The translations under genes were made by a program, and so were the position numbers. A stretch of 32,494 nt of DNA from a virus (lineage: Duplodnaviria; Caudoviricetes), in IMG/VR virus record IMGVR_UViG_3300014613_000067, positions 1-32,494 of that record; one strand, given 5' to 3'. The notes below the pieces were generated by a model, which saw nothing but the letters and a program-made list of their open reading frames with translations, was not told the DNA's origin and did no database searches. Each line of letters opens with the position of its first letter. The first letter of the stretch is position 1. This document shows positions 8,347-17,855 of this stretch, one piece after another.

Positions 8347-8587
8347 CTCAAACCATCTGCAAAAAAACACCAAAAACCGCCCAAATTTCTCAAATTAAAT
8401 ATTTCTCAAAATCCAGCGCGATGTTTTTTATAAGTCCTCATTTTATCTATATAAAGTCCTACAAAAGACCACACCATCCCACGCCAATCTTATTTCTCAT
8501 ACCATCTGCCCCCTCATAATTACCAAAATCATTTTGTATTACCAGTAAATTATTTAATTAAATCAATAGATTATTTAGACAGAAATA

Positions 8588-8635
8588 GCGTTCGGGACGC
8601 GGGGGTCGCTGGTTCAAATCCAGTCGTCCCGACCA
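8588..8635 (+). tRNA. 3' half of tRNA-Pro(CGG), the att core; not a complete tRNA
   Basis: Anticodon arm gcg-TTCGGGA-cgc, T arm GGTTCAAATCC, 3' end CCCGACCA; 5' half absent. Confidence 0.85.
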
Positions 8636-8652
8636 AGTAAAAACAATAAGTT

Positions 8653-8680
8653 AGCCCAGGTTGCAAGCCCTGGGCTTTTT
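8653..8680 (+). terminator. Terminator after the tRNA fragment
   Basis: AGCCCAGG / CCTGGGCT stem followed by a T-tract. Confidence 0.75.
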
Positions 8681-8718
8681 AATTTTTCGATAATGTATTA
8701 CCAGGACGATTAAAATTT

Positions 8719-9114
8719 TTAGGACGCTTTTATTCGCTTTGACACCTGGACCATCTGCTCGACTTTACCGCCGATAAAATCATCCATATAGGCCATCCCG
8801 GCCTTGTTGGCCACTGTGATGGCCGTGGGGGCCATAGTCTTAACCTTGGCTATCGCCATCCGCCTTAGTTCATCGGCCTCTTCTGGTGTCAATTTCCCAT
8901 CCTCCGCCGCTTTCCTGGCAGTCTTCTCAAGGTCATTAACCACACTGAGAGTTATTTCCGATATCTGCCCCATGGCATTATTAATAGCCTCGTTTTTGGT
9001 CTTAGACCTGATATAGCCATTCAACTCTTTCAACCCCCAGGCAATCAGGGACCCGACAACGGCCACACCTGCAGGTACCAATATAGCCATTATTTGGGCT
9101 GCAAAATCTTCCAT
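8719..9114 (-). CDS. Putative holin (LL-H-like, single N-terminal TM helix)
   Basis: TM helix then amphipathic helices; last gene of the late operon; RBS AAAGGAG. Confidence 0.65.
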   Translation of the reverse strand: MEDFAAQIMAILVPAGVAVVGSLIAWGLKELNGYIRSKTKNEAINNAMGQISEITLSVVNDLEKTARKAAEDGKLTPEEADELRRMAIAKVKTMAPTAITVANKAGMAYMDDFIGGKVEQMVQVSKRIKAS

Positions 9115-9568
9115 GTTTTCTCCTTTCAGATGGTAAATACTGCATCTCTAACTCATTGATTATGTCCCGAACAGGTAGTTCCTTGGCCTCATCTCCACTA
9201 AACGCACCGCCACCACAATAATAAACAGCAATGAAATATGTCATTGCCCGATAAAGTCTATTCTTATCCAAAAAATTATCCTCATGAATTACAAGCAATA
9301 TCATATTAAGTAGGAAAACAAGATCGGCTATTAATTTATCTTCCTCTATTTCTGCCTTGTGATACATCCAGTCATGTTTCTGGCAGGCCGGGAACATATT
9401 TTGAAGATAGTTTGTATCAGGGACTAACCAGTCCCCAAATTTCCCGGGGCCTCACCCACCAGTATTATTTTCTAATTCCTCTTTGGTGGCATCCCAGAAA
9501 CTCACGGGAGCAAATTGCAATATCCCGTTCTCACGCCTGCTTTCTATTTGATAACTTCCAAACTTCAC
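9002..9568 (-). CDS. PLA2/DUF1353-like HDxxY protein with in-frame TGA (candidate selenoprotein); start uncertain, GTG 9568 or TTG 9520
   Basis: Frame reads FAPVSFWDATKEELENNTGG*GPGKFGDWLVPDT...ACQKHDWMY...ADLVFLLNM. Confidence 0.65.
9417..9454 (-). promoter_or_regulatory. UGA codon plus candidate bacterial SECIS hairpin
   Basis: GGGACU-GGUU-AGUCCC; loop begins 23 nt after the UGA. Confidence 0.6.
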
Positions 9569-9574
9569 TTTAGA

Positions 9575-9601
9575 GTAATCCGTGTAATCTGCGAAATCTG
9601 T
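9575..9601. repeat. 9-mer tandem repeat x3
   Basis: gtaatccgt gtaatctgc gaaatctgt. Confidence 0.7.
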
Positions 9602-9604
9602 GGA

Positions 9605-10210
9605 TTAAAATGGGTCTATATATCTACGCATCCCCGCCCGTGAATCTATGGGGCGCACCTTGATGAAAGCGTTTTCTCTCATGGCATCATTTAATGTCTT
9701 TACAAGAGGGCCGCCGCCGGATGCCCCTATGGCCAGGGTATCGTTCAAGCAAAGCTCTATATGGACAGCTTTGCCCGCGCTGTTAAACCAGAATACAAGG
9801 GCGCCCCTTACCGGGGTTTCTATTTCGAGATCGACGAACCGGTGGTAAAGCGTATCCGCTGTCCAGTCGCCTTTGCGGGGTAACAACCCCACTGATTTAA
9901 GGGACTCTATTATATACCCGCTGCAATCAAAGCCGGCGGGATCATCGCCGCCCCAAAGATAGGGAGTCCCCAAATAGCTCCAGGCTACAGATATGACGGT
10001 TTCCCGTTTGGATTCGCCGTTCCCGATAATAGCCTTTAAGAACTGTTCTATATTTTCGCACCGGTGTTTGACCCTGCTTGTCTTCTCCAGGATCTCCTCC
10101 GGGTCCAGTTCGGCCTCTATGGCCCGCTCGATATCAATGATCATGCCCTTGATAACAGGCACATAATTTAATACGTTATGGCAAACATCGTCTATCTTGC
10201 ATTCTCGCAT
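9605..10210 (-). CDS. NlpC/P60 cell-wall peptidase (probable endolysin) with N-terminal helical extension
   Basis: YLGTPYLWGG...GFDCSG...HIEL. Confidence 0.85.
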   Translation of the reverse strand: MRECKIDDVCHNVLNYVPVIKGMIIDIERAIEAELDPEEILEKTSRVKHRCENIEQFLKAIIGNGESKRETVISVAWSYLGTPYLWGGDDPAGFDCSGYIIESLKSVGLLPRKGDWTADTLYHRFVDLEIETPVRGALVFWFNSAGKAVHIELCLNDTLAIGASGGGPLVKTLNDAMRENAFIKVRPIDSRAGMRRYIDPF

Positions 10211-10211
10211 A

Positions 10212-10619
10212 TCAACCCTTACCATTCACACTGGATATCGCCTCAGTGATTTTATCGCCCATTTTAGACAGGGCCATTGTAAAATCCTCTTTTGTTACCT
10301 TTATGCTGCTATTAAAGTCTTCTCTTATCTCCTTGATCCCGCCAAATAGCAGATCAAACTTTTTGCGCCCATGCTCCAGATCCTTCTCGATAAGCTCTCT
10401 GACGTGACCAATCTCTGTCTTTAATTCTTTTTCCATTTTGACCTGCTCTCTAATACAGTGTTTGTTTAATTCGTCTAGTGTAACTGCCTGATCACTTGGT
10501 TTATGAGTCTCGGTCTTTGCCTCTATCCATCCCCGGATTGCCCATATGGTGACGCCTAAAAAGAGGACACCTATAATCGCCTTGAAAACCCAGTCTATGG
10601 CTACTGAAAGATTTTCCAT
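10212..10619 (-). CDS. Membrane protein with coiled coil (lysis cassette)
   Basis: N-terminal TM helix plus coiled coil. Confidence 0.7.
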   Translation of the reverse strand: MENLSVAIDWVFKAIIGVLFLGVTIWAIRGWIEAKTETHKPSDQAVTLDELNKHCIREQVKMEKELKTEIGHVRELIEKDLEHGRKKFDLLFGGIKEIREDFNSSIKVTKEDFTMALSKMGDKITEAISSVNGKG

Positions 10620-10621
10620 CT

Positions 10622-10942
10622 TTATTGGTCTTGCTGATCATTTTCCTCTGTTTTTTCTATCTGTTCCGGGATGGGTGCCGAGGGCTTATCTTCCTCCTTT
10701 ACCTCGCCCTTTATGGCGTCTACCTGGTAGGTTTTCAATGCGTTGATTCTCGCGCTAATATTTTGCCAGGCCGCGTGGAGCTGCTGTAATCTCTCCTGGT
10801 GGTAAAGGTTTTCCCACTGAATAGATTTTAACCGTTCCTCGAGGAGAGTAATCTCTTGCTGTTTTGCGCTCTCCTCCTGGGCGAACACCAGGGGTGCCAT
10901 TGCCAAAACGACTACGACAAGTAACACAACAATCTTTTTCAT
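10622..10942 (-). CDS. Exported coiled-coil protein
   Basis: Signal peptide MKKIVVLLVVVVLAMAPLVFA; RBS AGGAGG. Confidence 0.75.
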   Translation of the reverse strand: MKKIVVLLVVVVLAMAPLVFAQEESAKQQEITLLEERLKSIQWENLYHQERLQQLHAAWQNISARINALKTYQVDAIKGEVKEEDKPSAPIPEQIEKTEENDQQDQ

Positions 10943-10982
10943 ATGCCCTCCTTTCTTTAATCTCTCACGCCATACCATCATT

Positions 10983-11771
10983 TCATTTCTTTATCCATTT
11001 CAATGGGTTGAATTTTTCCCTATCCGTCAGCATCGGATTTCTAAGGCATCCAACTAAAAATAGAAATGGTAATACCAGCTTGCTCATTGTCATTATATTG
11101 ATAAACATCGGCGGTCGACTTGGTTCGCCTGCGGGGGGAGCGCCCTCATGTAAATTGTAATCCTCACAAACTCCACTGTAATACGATAGGAGTGATGCTG
11201 TTACATATTGGTTGCAAGGATAGAAATACTGAAAATCATTTTGCTCTCCTGCACTGCAATCTATTGTTTCAGTTTCAAGCTCAATAGAACCGGCCTCTCC
11301 GAAATAATCAACGGTATGAATTCTCATAGTTAATTGGCCAGTGCCATTAGCTCCGCCATCATCATCTCTTTCAACTGTGATATAATATTGTGTGCTATCG
11401 CTTGCGAGAGAGTTGGCAGTATCAGAATGTCTATAAACTCCATCCTCAACAACGCCAAGCCTGGCTTTACCTACATATATGTTTATGTCCTGTGTATCGT
11501 CATTCTCAGTTCTGATATCATCCCATGAATCAATCTGATTAGCTAACAACCAAAGCAGAACCATTGGATAAACGCCATTCTCAGCAGTCAGTTTTAGTTT
11601 AAACGTATGCGTAAAATCGCCATTAAAATGATCTGCCCCATGACTTTTTTGCAACCAAGCCTCATCTTGCCTTTCAAATTGAGTAAACGTGCAAGCATTT
11701 GCGGCTGGACTTAAAACAGCCTGTTGAGCCCCGCCTAACGTATAATCATTCTGTAAATCTTCAAAGGCCAA
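10983..11771 (-). CDS. Acidic beta-rich (lectin-like) protein with hydrophobic C-terminal tail
   Basis: ORF composition; overlaps the upstream gene. Confidence 0.7.
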   Translation of the reverse strand: MAFEDLQNDYTLGGAQQAVLSPAANACTFTQFERQDEAWLQKSHGADHFNGDFTHTFKLKLTAENGVYPMVLLWLLANQIDSWDDIRTENDDTQDINIYVGKARLGVVEDGVYRHSDTANSLASDSTQYYITVERDDDGGANGTGQLTMRIHTVDYFGEAGSIELETETIDCSAGEQNDFQYFYPCNQYVTASLLSYYSGVCEDYNLHEGAPPAGEPSRPPMFINIMTMSKLVLPFLFLVGCLRNPMLTDREKFNPLKWIKK

Positions 11772-12117
11772 TGTGTTCCTCCAGGTCGGGACTGAATGTT
11801 GTGCTTTCCAAGTATTGCCCTTTTAGTTCTGTGATATAGCCTGCCCTTGCATCTTCTATTGCATTATGGATAGGTTTTTCTGCTTTCTTAAAAACCAGTT
11901 CCACAAAATCTGTAAAATCAGCACCAGACAGGACCGCAACATACGGATACCTGTCTTTAATGCGTTGGGGCAGATTATTATATTTCACCTCTGTTATACC
12001 AGTGGACGCCCACAAGCTCATGAGATTGTAGAGTAATCGCAGTTTTTCTCTGAGGCTGGTTAAAAACTCAAACCTCTGTAAATTCGTATCACATCCTCCT
12101 GGATAGGTTACTTCCAT
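11761..12117 (-). CDS. Hypothetical protein
   Basis: ORF; RBS AAGGAGG. Confidence 0.75.
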   Translation of the reverse strand: MEVTYPGGCDTNLQRFEFLTSLREKLRLLYNLMSLWASTGITEVKYNNLPQRIKDRYPYVAVLSGADFTDFVELVFKKAEKPIHNAIEDARAGYITELKGQYLESTTFSPDLEEHIGL

Positions 12118-12238
12118 ATTTCCTCCTTAATTCCCCGTCATCCCCAGATTAATTGTAAGTTTGTATACAATCCATTTGAAATGAAACTTTTGTTACTCCA
12201 GAAAGCGTGTGAAACATGACAAACATCCCATCACCGCA

Positions 12239-13612
12239 TTATCTTATCCTCCCCTTGATTTTGATATAAGTCTGTTGAACCAGATCCGCATCATCGAAGT
12301 TTATGAAAACCCAGTTCCCACCTTCCACAACTCGATGGTCAATATCAGTTCCCCGCACTTCAACCTCAGATGTAGTATTTGCCCTTAAATCTGCTTCGAT
12401 ATCATTATCGTGAGACGGACAGGCATCGGCGGTCCACTCCTCCACGTCGACCTGGTAATCTGTAGCATTACTAAATATCTGCATATAAACACTGTCGATG
12501 ATGATGCCGTTAGGATACGTGTCCTTATCAATCTTGAGCCAACCAACCAGTGGCGACACCCCAGATCTAACATCATCCGCATTAAAAGTATTAGCATTTA
12601 CAATCACTACGCTCACGCCTGACAGGGTGGCCCCACTGTCTGATCCAAATAGAAGTTTTGGAATAAAAAAACCTGTGGTCATTGTCCTTGCGGTTTCCAC
12701 CCCACCTGCAACCAATGAGAGCATATCCGCTGCTGGCCTATAAAGACCAGTATTTTCATCAATGTTAAACGAATAAGAAGGCAAGTCAAAAGATCCAGGA
12801 TACCTTAGTATTGCTGGGCTTCCTATGCCTCCTGATCCTAAAAAGTAAGATTGATTTATCCCAAATCTTACGATACCTCCTATGGTAAACCTTAAGTAAT
12901 CATCTTCTGATTCATAAATTCCAGTATCCATATCTCCAAAAGCAATCGTAGGGGTTATAGCATTATTCTGTTGGGGTAGGTAGTGCTTACCTTCGTTCGT
13001 AATTCCACTGTCCGTAACGGTTATGGCTCCAACTACACGTAGACTTACCCCAGAAGGCACAGTCACAGTCTTTGACACCCCACCGTCAACAGTAACATAA
13101 ACACTATTCCCTGTCGCTGTCGTGCTAAGCCCGTTAAGACCTTTCAGGAACATTCCCCCTACGGCATCCCCAAGAATGGCTGACTCCGCTTCGGTCCCAT
13201 CATCAGTCTGGATTGTAGTCAACCCCGACGCACCAACGGCGGTCGCGGTTGAAGTAATAACCAGGCCAAAGGTTCCACCGGCGCTATCTGATGGAGTCAG
13301 GTTGATACCGGCTCCTGCCGTCAATCCAAAATTAGCCGCACCTGTTAAGGTTGCTCCGCTATCCGCCCAAAGACTGACACCTGAGACACCTCCTGTGCCC
13401 GCCGCTGTAGTCATGGTGGTCCCGTCAAAAAATGCAATCCCTTTGAAGGTCTGCGTACCCGACCAGGTGTTGTCTTTCTTCAAGAGATAAGCGGGATCTC
13501 TCATCACCCTCGCATTGATGGGCCTTTTCCCCTCGCTATATGCGGGCGATAAAACCGAGCCAAGCAATGAAACGATCAGGCTAAAGAATATTATAGTTTT
13601 CCACCTATCCAT
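12239..13612 (-). CDS. Tail fibre-like protein with N-terminal signal peptide (alternative start 13627)
   Basis: NTWSGTQTF fibre motif; two P-x-x-x-F-x-(x)-D-x-[DN]-TG-x-Y repeats; position after the internal proteins. Confidence 0.75.
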   Translation of the reverse strand: MDRWKTIIFFSLIVSLLGSVLSPAYSEGKRPINARVMRDPAYLLKKDNTWSGTQTFKGIAFFDGTTMTTAAGTGGVSGVSLWADSGATLTGAANFGLTAGAGINLTPSDSAGGTFGLVITSTATAVGASGLTTIQTDDGTEAESAILGDAVGGMFLKGLNGLSTTATGNSVYVTVDGGVSKTVTVPSGVSLRVVGAITVTDSGITNEGKHYLPQQNNAITPTIAFGDMDTGIYESEDDYLRFTIGGIVRFGINQSYFLGSGGIGSPAILRYPGSFDLPSYSFNIDENTGLYRPAADMLSLVAGGVETARTMTTGFFIPKLLFGSDSGATLSGVSVVIVNANTFNADDVRSGVSPLVGWLKIDKDTYPNGIIIDSVYMQIFSNATDYQVDVEEWTADACPSHDNDIEADLRANTTSEVEVRGTDIDHRVVEGGNWVFINFDDADLVQQTYIKIKGRIR

Positions 13613-13626
13613 GATACCGCCCTCCA

Positions 13627-14508
13627 TTATGGCTCATTGGTATAGCAATCAATCCTTACCGCGATCTCGGCCAGGGCCTCCATTTTTAGATTGTTCAGTT
13701 CTTTGCGGTTCAAGAACCGGTAATCCCCTACCTCTAAAGTCATTGCATTGGCCCTGTTGATGCTCGATCCGTCTTTCGTATAAAATACGCTATTGCCCGA
13801 GCCGACTATCTGCATCTCGACCCACCGGGTGCCTGCCGGGATACCGTTACCGTTATCATCGGCGGCGGTCGTGCTTGTCCCTGAATTGGCATTCAGGCTG
13901 TATACCCGATTGCCGATAACAAAGGGCTGGGGCGGCACCCACCATGCTCGATCAAACCCGCTGGTAATGCCGACCTGGGCGTTATCGAACGGCGTAATAC
14001 CCGATGGTAAAAAATAGCCTCGCATGTAATTAGCCGGCCCTGTCTCAAAGAAATAGGGAACAACCGTATTACCCGAATTAATAGCCAGGGCGGTAAATAC
14101 CGGTGTTAGCTCTGCGTTGGCCCAGGCCTCCGGTGTATTCTCCTGCGCCGTCTTAATAAAGAAAGCCGCTGTTGTCCCGGACGAAAAATCGCTCGTACCT
14201 GTGGCCGCCTGGGACGGGTCCAGGTCGACAATGTCCACCCGGAAAAGCCCGCCCGAATCGCTGATATCAATCGTGTAAAGATCGGTCTTCAGCTCATCAG
14301 GGATCGGGCCGTAGCGGCGGGCCATGTTGGACACACCGGTATCTGTGGTCGCCGTGGCCGCCGTGGTATTCCCGGAGTCATAGACCGTCGCACCGGAACT
14401 GGGCACGGTCATCAGGGTAAACACCCATTTCTTTGTCCCGGCCTCGGCCTGGACCGATAAGGCCAGGAGAACCGCTACCATCAATAAAAATCTTCCTATC
14501 CGTTTCAT
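13627..14508 (-). CDS. Virion-module beta protein with signal peptide
   Basis: MKRIGRFLLMVAVLLALSVQAEA; RBS AAGGAG. Confidence 0.8.
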   Translation of the reverse strand: MKRIGRFLLMVAVLLALSVQAEAGTKKWVFTLMTVPSSGATVYDSGNTTAATATTDTGVSNMARRYGPIPDELKTDLYTIDISDSGGLFRVDIVDLDPSQAATGTSDFSSGTTAAFFIKTAQENTPEAWANAELTPVFTALAINSGNTVVPYFFETGPANYMRGYFLPSGITPFDNAQVGITSGFDRAWWVPPQPFVIGNRVYSLNANSGTSTTAADDNGNGIPAGTRWVEMQIVGSGNSVFYTKDGSSINRANAMTLEVGDYRFLNRKELNNLKMEALAEIAVRIDCYTNEP

Positions 14509-14549
14509 GGCGTTACTCCTTTTATAAAAATCTGTGTTCTATGGCTTCC

Positions 14550-17500
14550 TTACTGCGCGGCTTCCGCCTGTTGTTTTATATGCCCGTAATCAACCGCCAT
14601 TCTCAATGCCGGCGACTCCTCAAGCAACCTGATATTGGCCAGGGCCATTGCCTCATTCCTGTAGCGCTTGATATGCACTTCCTTCATGTCCGGACTTGCA
14701 GATCTGTACTGAGGATCATTTTTCACCATGTCATCCAGGCTGCTCTTCAGGCCTTTTCCGGTCGAATTCAGGGGGACGGTATTCATGAGCACCAAAAAGC
14801 GGTCATATTCATGTGGTGGCAGATTCAGGGCCACGCCTTCAAAGCTCATAACTTTTTTCGGTTTAGCAATGGGCAGCCGAAGCCTGATCAGTTCCCTGTC
14901 GATAGGCGAATCCTTTGCCTTCGAAAGATAGAATGGAGAGAGGGCGCTAAAGGCCGTTTCAATCCAGGAGCGATCCTTGCTGTAAGCGGTCGTGATAGGT
15001 TCGCCCCACAGATCGCGGCGGGGAGGAAGATCGGAGGAAAGACCAGGTATCCTGGATTTCATGGCATCTATTATGCTGTATACCGCCTCCATCTCCGGGT
15101 CCATGGTACGTTCTACCTGGGCGAACAGGGCGGGCACCATTGACCGGGCAAAGTTCTGGATATATCTTTGTCCGTATCGATCGGGATCATGTATGGCCTC
15201 TATGGCTTCGGAGACGCCCTTCATCCAGGTCTTGCTCGTGACGTTCTTTGACAGGGCCAGGGCGATCGCAGCGGCAAGCTTATCCATTTCAGGCTGCATT
15301 TCTTCGCCTGCCAGGCCCGCTATCTCCGTAAAATCGGCTGCCGCGCCTAAAAGTATTCCCAGGGGCTCAAGACGGTTAAAGGATATATAGGTATCGCCTA
15401 TTCTCATGGAATAGGGCTGCCATCCGGTCCTGCGCAAAGCGGCCTGCATCTCAGGATCTGATGGTCCGCCACCCGTAATAAGGCCCTGGGCAGCCAGATA
15501 GCCCGTTGATATCATGGCTGTGGATCCCATGGAGACCCTGGCGAGGGCCAGATCCCTGCGTGCGCCGCCCGCTCCGATTTCAGACCAGAATCTCCTTGAA
15601 GCAAAGGCGAGCGGGGTCCGCTCAAAGCCGCCTTTCATGATGTTTACCGGCGTTCTCACAAAAGGTGTTATCAACCGGAGCACGGGAACTTGAGATAATA
15701 TGCCCTGAAATTTTCGGCCTATTTCGCCCAGGGGCTGTGTGAAGGTCTGATATCTGCTCGCATCCACTGCGGCCATATGGATATCAGGGGCGATCTCTTC
15801 TGGGTTTTGAATGATCTCCTGTATCCGTTTTGCCATGCTTACGCCCTTCAGCCCCTCGTCAATGGCCTGGCGGTTCGCCCTGGCATGGAGTTCCATCTTG
15901 TAACCAACGGATTTAAAGAGTTCATCCTCGGCTGTGAGGAGCCTTCCCGGCACCCTGACCATTTCACCCATAAGGTCAACGGCTTGGGCGGCCATACCAC
16001 CCTGCTCCAGGGCATTGGGGCTGATCTTTTTTATAAGTCTGCCCGGAATAGTCTCACGGAGATTCTCTGCTGTAATGGCACGGTGCACCCTGGTCTCTAC
16101 CTTGGTCAGTTGCTCGGAGGGCTCGCCGGTGCGCAGGGCCTTGGCGGCTAATTTCCACCCGTCCTGCAGGCCCTCCATAAGCCCGTATGCCTGGCTTATA
16201 GCTTCCTGGGCCTTGACGGCCCTGGACCCCGTGATCTGGCCGATGCCTGCGGCCACGAATCTTTCCGGAATCTGCCACACGGCAAACAGGGTGTTGGATA
16301 GGGTATTGGTTGCATGGGTCTGTGGACCGGAAAGCAGACCGTTAATCCATGCCTCAAGAACCATATCAAAGGTGGTTGCACGACGGATCTGGCGGGCAAA
16401 GGTATTCACTCCTTCTACCGTATCAAGATGGGAGACCATTTCGGCTATCTTTGAGGTAGACATACCACCAGGAAGATTCTCAAGAAGTTCCTTGATGGCC
16501 TTTGTCTGGCCTTCCATGCCGGCCACGCTTATACCGAAAGCCTGAAGAGCCCTGCCAGCCTCGGCAGTCATACCGGAGACCTGGGCCTGAACGGCATAAT
16601 GCACATTAAGATGCTTGATAAATTCAAACCTGTCGATATCATTGGCATCGATGCTCGATGCCTTTTTAGAAAGCTCGACAAGATGCTCTGCGGATGACAC
16701 CAGAATCTGCCGTGCAGCCGTGGCCTGTTCGGCGTTAAAGGCCTCGCCTTTACGGCGTTTCAGCAGGGTCTTGACATCCATGCCCAGCAGATCTGCCAGC
16801 TTTCCGGTCTCCTCGTTTGAGATCATGCCGCGACGGGCGGCATCGATGCCGGACGAAAAAAGATCGGCGGTCTTAGCTATGGCCTCCTGGACATCATCCG
16901 ATGACTTGATGTTGGCAAAATTAATATTGACGGCCTTTTCGGGAAGATCCTGGATATTTGTCTGAAGAAAAAGGGAGGCCTTTTTTTCTGTCTCCGGTGC
17001 CAGCTCTACAAGAGGCTTACTGGAATCGCCCAGGACGTAGTTTAGGCGGGTTTCAAGTTCGAAGGGTGGTTCTATTGCAGCCCTGGGCGGGATTATATCA
17101 CCTTCTCCGACTCCCTGCAAAGGTTTCTCTCCATATTCCGCATTAATATCTTTCACCACAGAAGCGGTAAGCTCATCATCAACCTTTTCTGCCTGGAGAT
17201 TGGTCTTCACCCTCTCAACGGCATCCCGGACAAGCTGGGCGGATGGTTTAACGCCCTTTTTGGAAAAAGCCTTGATGATGCTTTTTTCTAAAAGATTCTC
17301 CACGCTCATACCGGAGACCATGCCTATCAGCACATTAAAGGGCATCGCAAGCCTCGGGTACTTCTCGCCCACCTTTTCGGTGGCAATGCCTACGGGGTAG
17401 TCCGCAATGGCGCCAACACCTGCCGCAGTAATCGACCTGGCCAGAGCGGGCATTAATTTCATACCGGCGCTCCATGCCACTTTCCCTGCTCCGGCAAAAC

Positions 17501-17855
17501 CACCGGAGGCGGCCGGTAGGGGATCGACCCAGGGTTCTTCAAGCCCGCCCATCATGGCCTGGATTTCTTCATCTGTTTTCCCTGATGATTTTTGCTGATC
17601 TATAAATTCCTGTTTTTTCTTCTCCTGATCTTCCGGAGTTAATCCGGGCTTTTCTGCTTTTCCCGGACCGGCTGGTTGCGATTTATCCCCATACCTGAAA
17701 AGCGCCTGCACGGCCGGAGAATGAAATTCATGGCTGATCTGGCGGTTTTCGAGATAGGCCCCGCTCACATCATCCTGAATATAATCTTCGGTCATTACAG
17801 GCTGGCCGGTCTTGGTGTTAATCCCGTCAACGATTTGTACTTTCGGTATCTCCAT
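14550..17855 (-). CDS. Large internal virion (ejection) protein
   Basis: 1101 aa, helical; PFVRTPVNI and GWQPYS motifs; T7 gp16-like position. Confidence 0.75.
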   Translation of the reverse strand: MEIPKVQIVDGINTKTGQPVMTEDYIQDDVSGAYLENRQISHEFHSPAVQALFRYGDKSQPAGPGKAEKPGLTPEDQEKKKQEFIDQQKSSGKTDEEIQAMMGGLEEPWVDPLPAASGGFAGAGKVAWSAGMKLMPALARSITAAGVGAIADYPVGIATEKVGEKYPRLAMPFNVLIGMVSGMSVENLLEKSIIKAFSKKGVKPSAQLVRDAVERVKTNLQAEKVDDELTASVVKDINAEYGEKPLQGVGEGDIIPPRAAIEPPFELETRLNYVLGDSSKPLVELAPETEKKASLFLQTNIQDLPEKAVNINFANIKSSDDVQEAIAKTADLFSSGIDAARRGMISNEETGKLADLLGMDVKTLLKRRKGEAFNAEQATAARQILVSSAEHLVELSKKASSIDANDIDRFEFIKHLNVHYAVQAQVSGMTAEAGRALQAFGISVAGMEGQTKAIKELLENLPGGMSTSKIAEMVSHLDTVEGVNTFARQIRRATTFDMVLEAWINGLLSGPQTHATNTLSNTLFAVWQIPERFVAAGIGQITGSRAVKAQEAISQAYGLMEGLQDGWKLAAKALRTGEPSEQLTKVETRVHRAITAENLRETIPGRLIKKISPNALEQGGMAAQAVDLMGEMVRVPGRLLTAEDELFKSVGYKMELHARANRQAIDEGLKGVSMAKRIQEIIQNPEEIAPDIHMAAVDASRYQTFTQPLGEIGRKFQGILSQVPVLRLITPFVRTPVNIMKGGFERTPLAFASRRFWSEIGAGGARRDLALARVSMGSTAMISTGYLAAQGLITGGGPSDPEMQAALRRTGWQPYSMRIGDTYISFNRLEPLGILLGAAADFTEIAGLAGEEMQPEMDKLAAAIALALSKNVTSKTWMKGVSEAIEAIHDPDRYGQRYIQNFARSMVPALFAQVERTMDPEMEAVYSIIDAMKSRIPGLSSDLPPRRDLWGEPITTAYSKDRSWIETAFSALSPFYLSKAKDSPIDRELIRLRLPIAKPKKVMSFEGVALNLPPHEYDRFLVLMNTVPLNSTGKGLKSSLDDMVKNDPQYRSASPDMKEVHIKRYRNEAMALANIRLLEESPALRMAVDYGHIKQQAEAAQ

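Larger units (their letters stand above)
8535..8704. mobile_element. attP-like region with arm-type repeats and IHF boxes
   Basis: TGTATTACCAG at 8535 and 8694; IHF consensus AATCAATAGATTA 8561-8573; near-match at 8641-8653. Confidence 0.75.

Noticed and set aside
8588-8635. Functional phage tRNA gene
   Set aside because: The 5' acceptor strand and D arm are missing
9002-9114. CRCGRC metal-binding motif at the end of the Sec candidate
   Set aside because: Lies in the overlap with the holin frame and is probably a by-product of it
10983-14508. Diversity-generating retroelement, expected by analogy with BPP-1
   Set aside because: No reverse transcriptase or Avd gene, and no TR/VR pair differing at adenines, seen in this window
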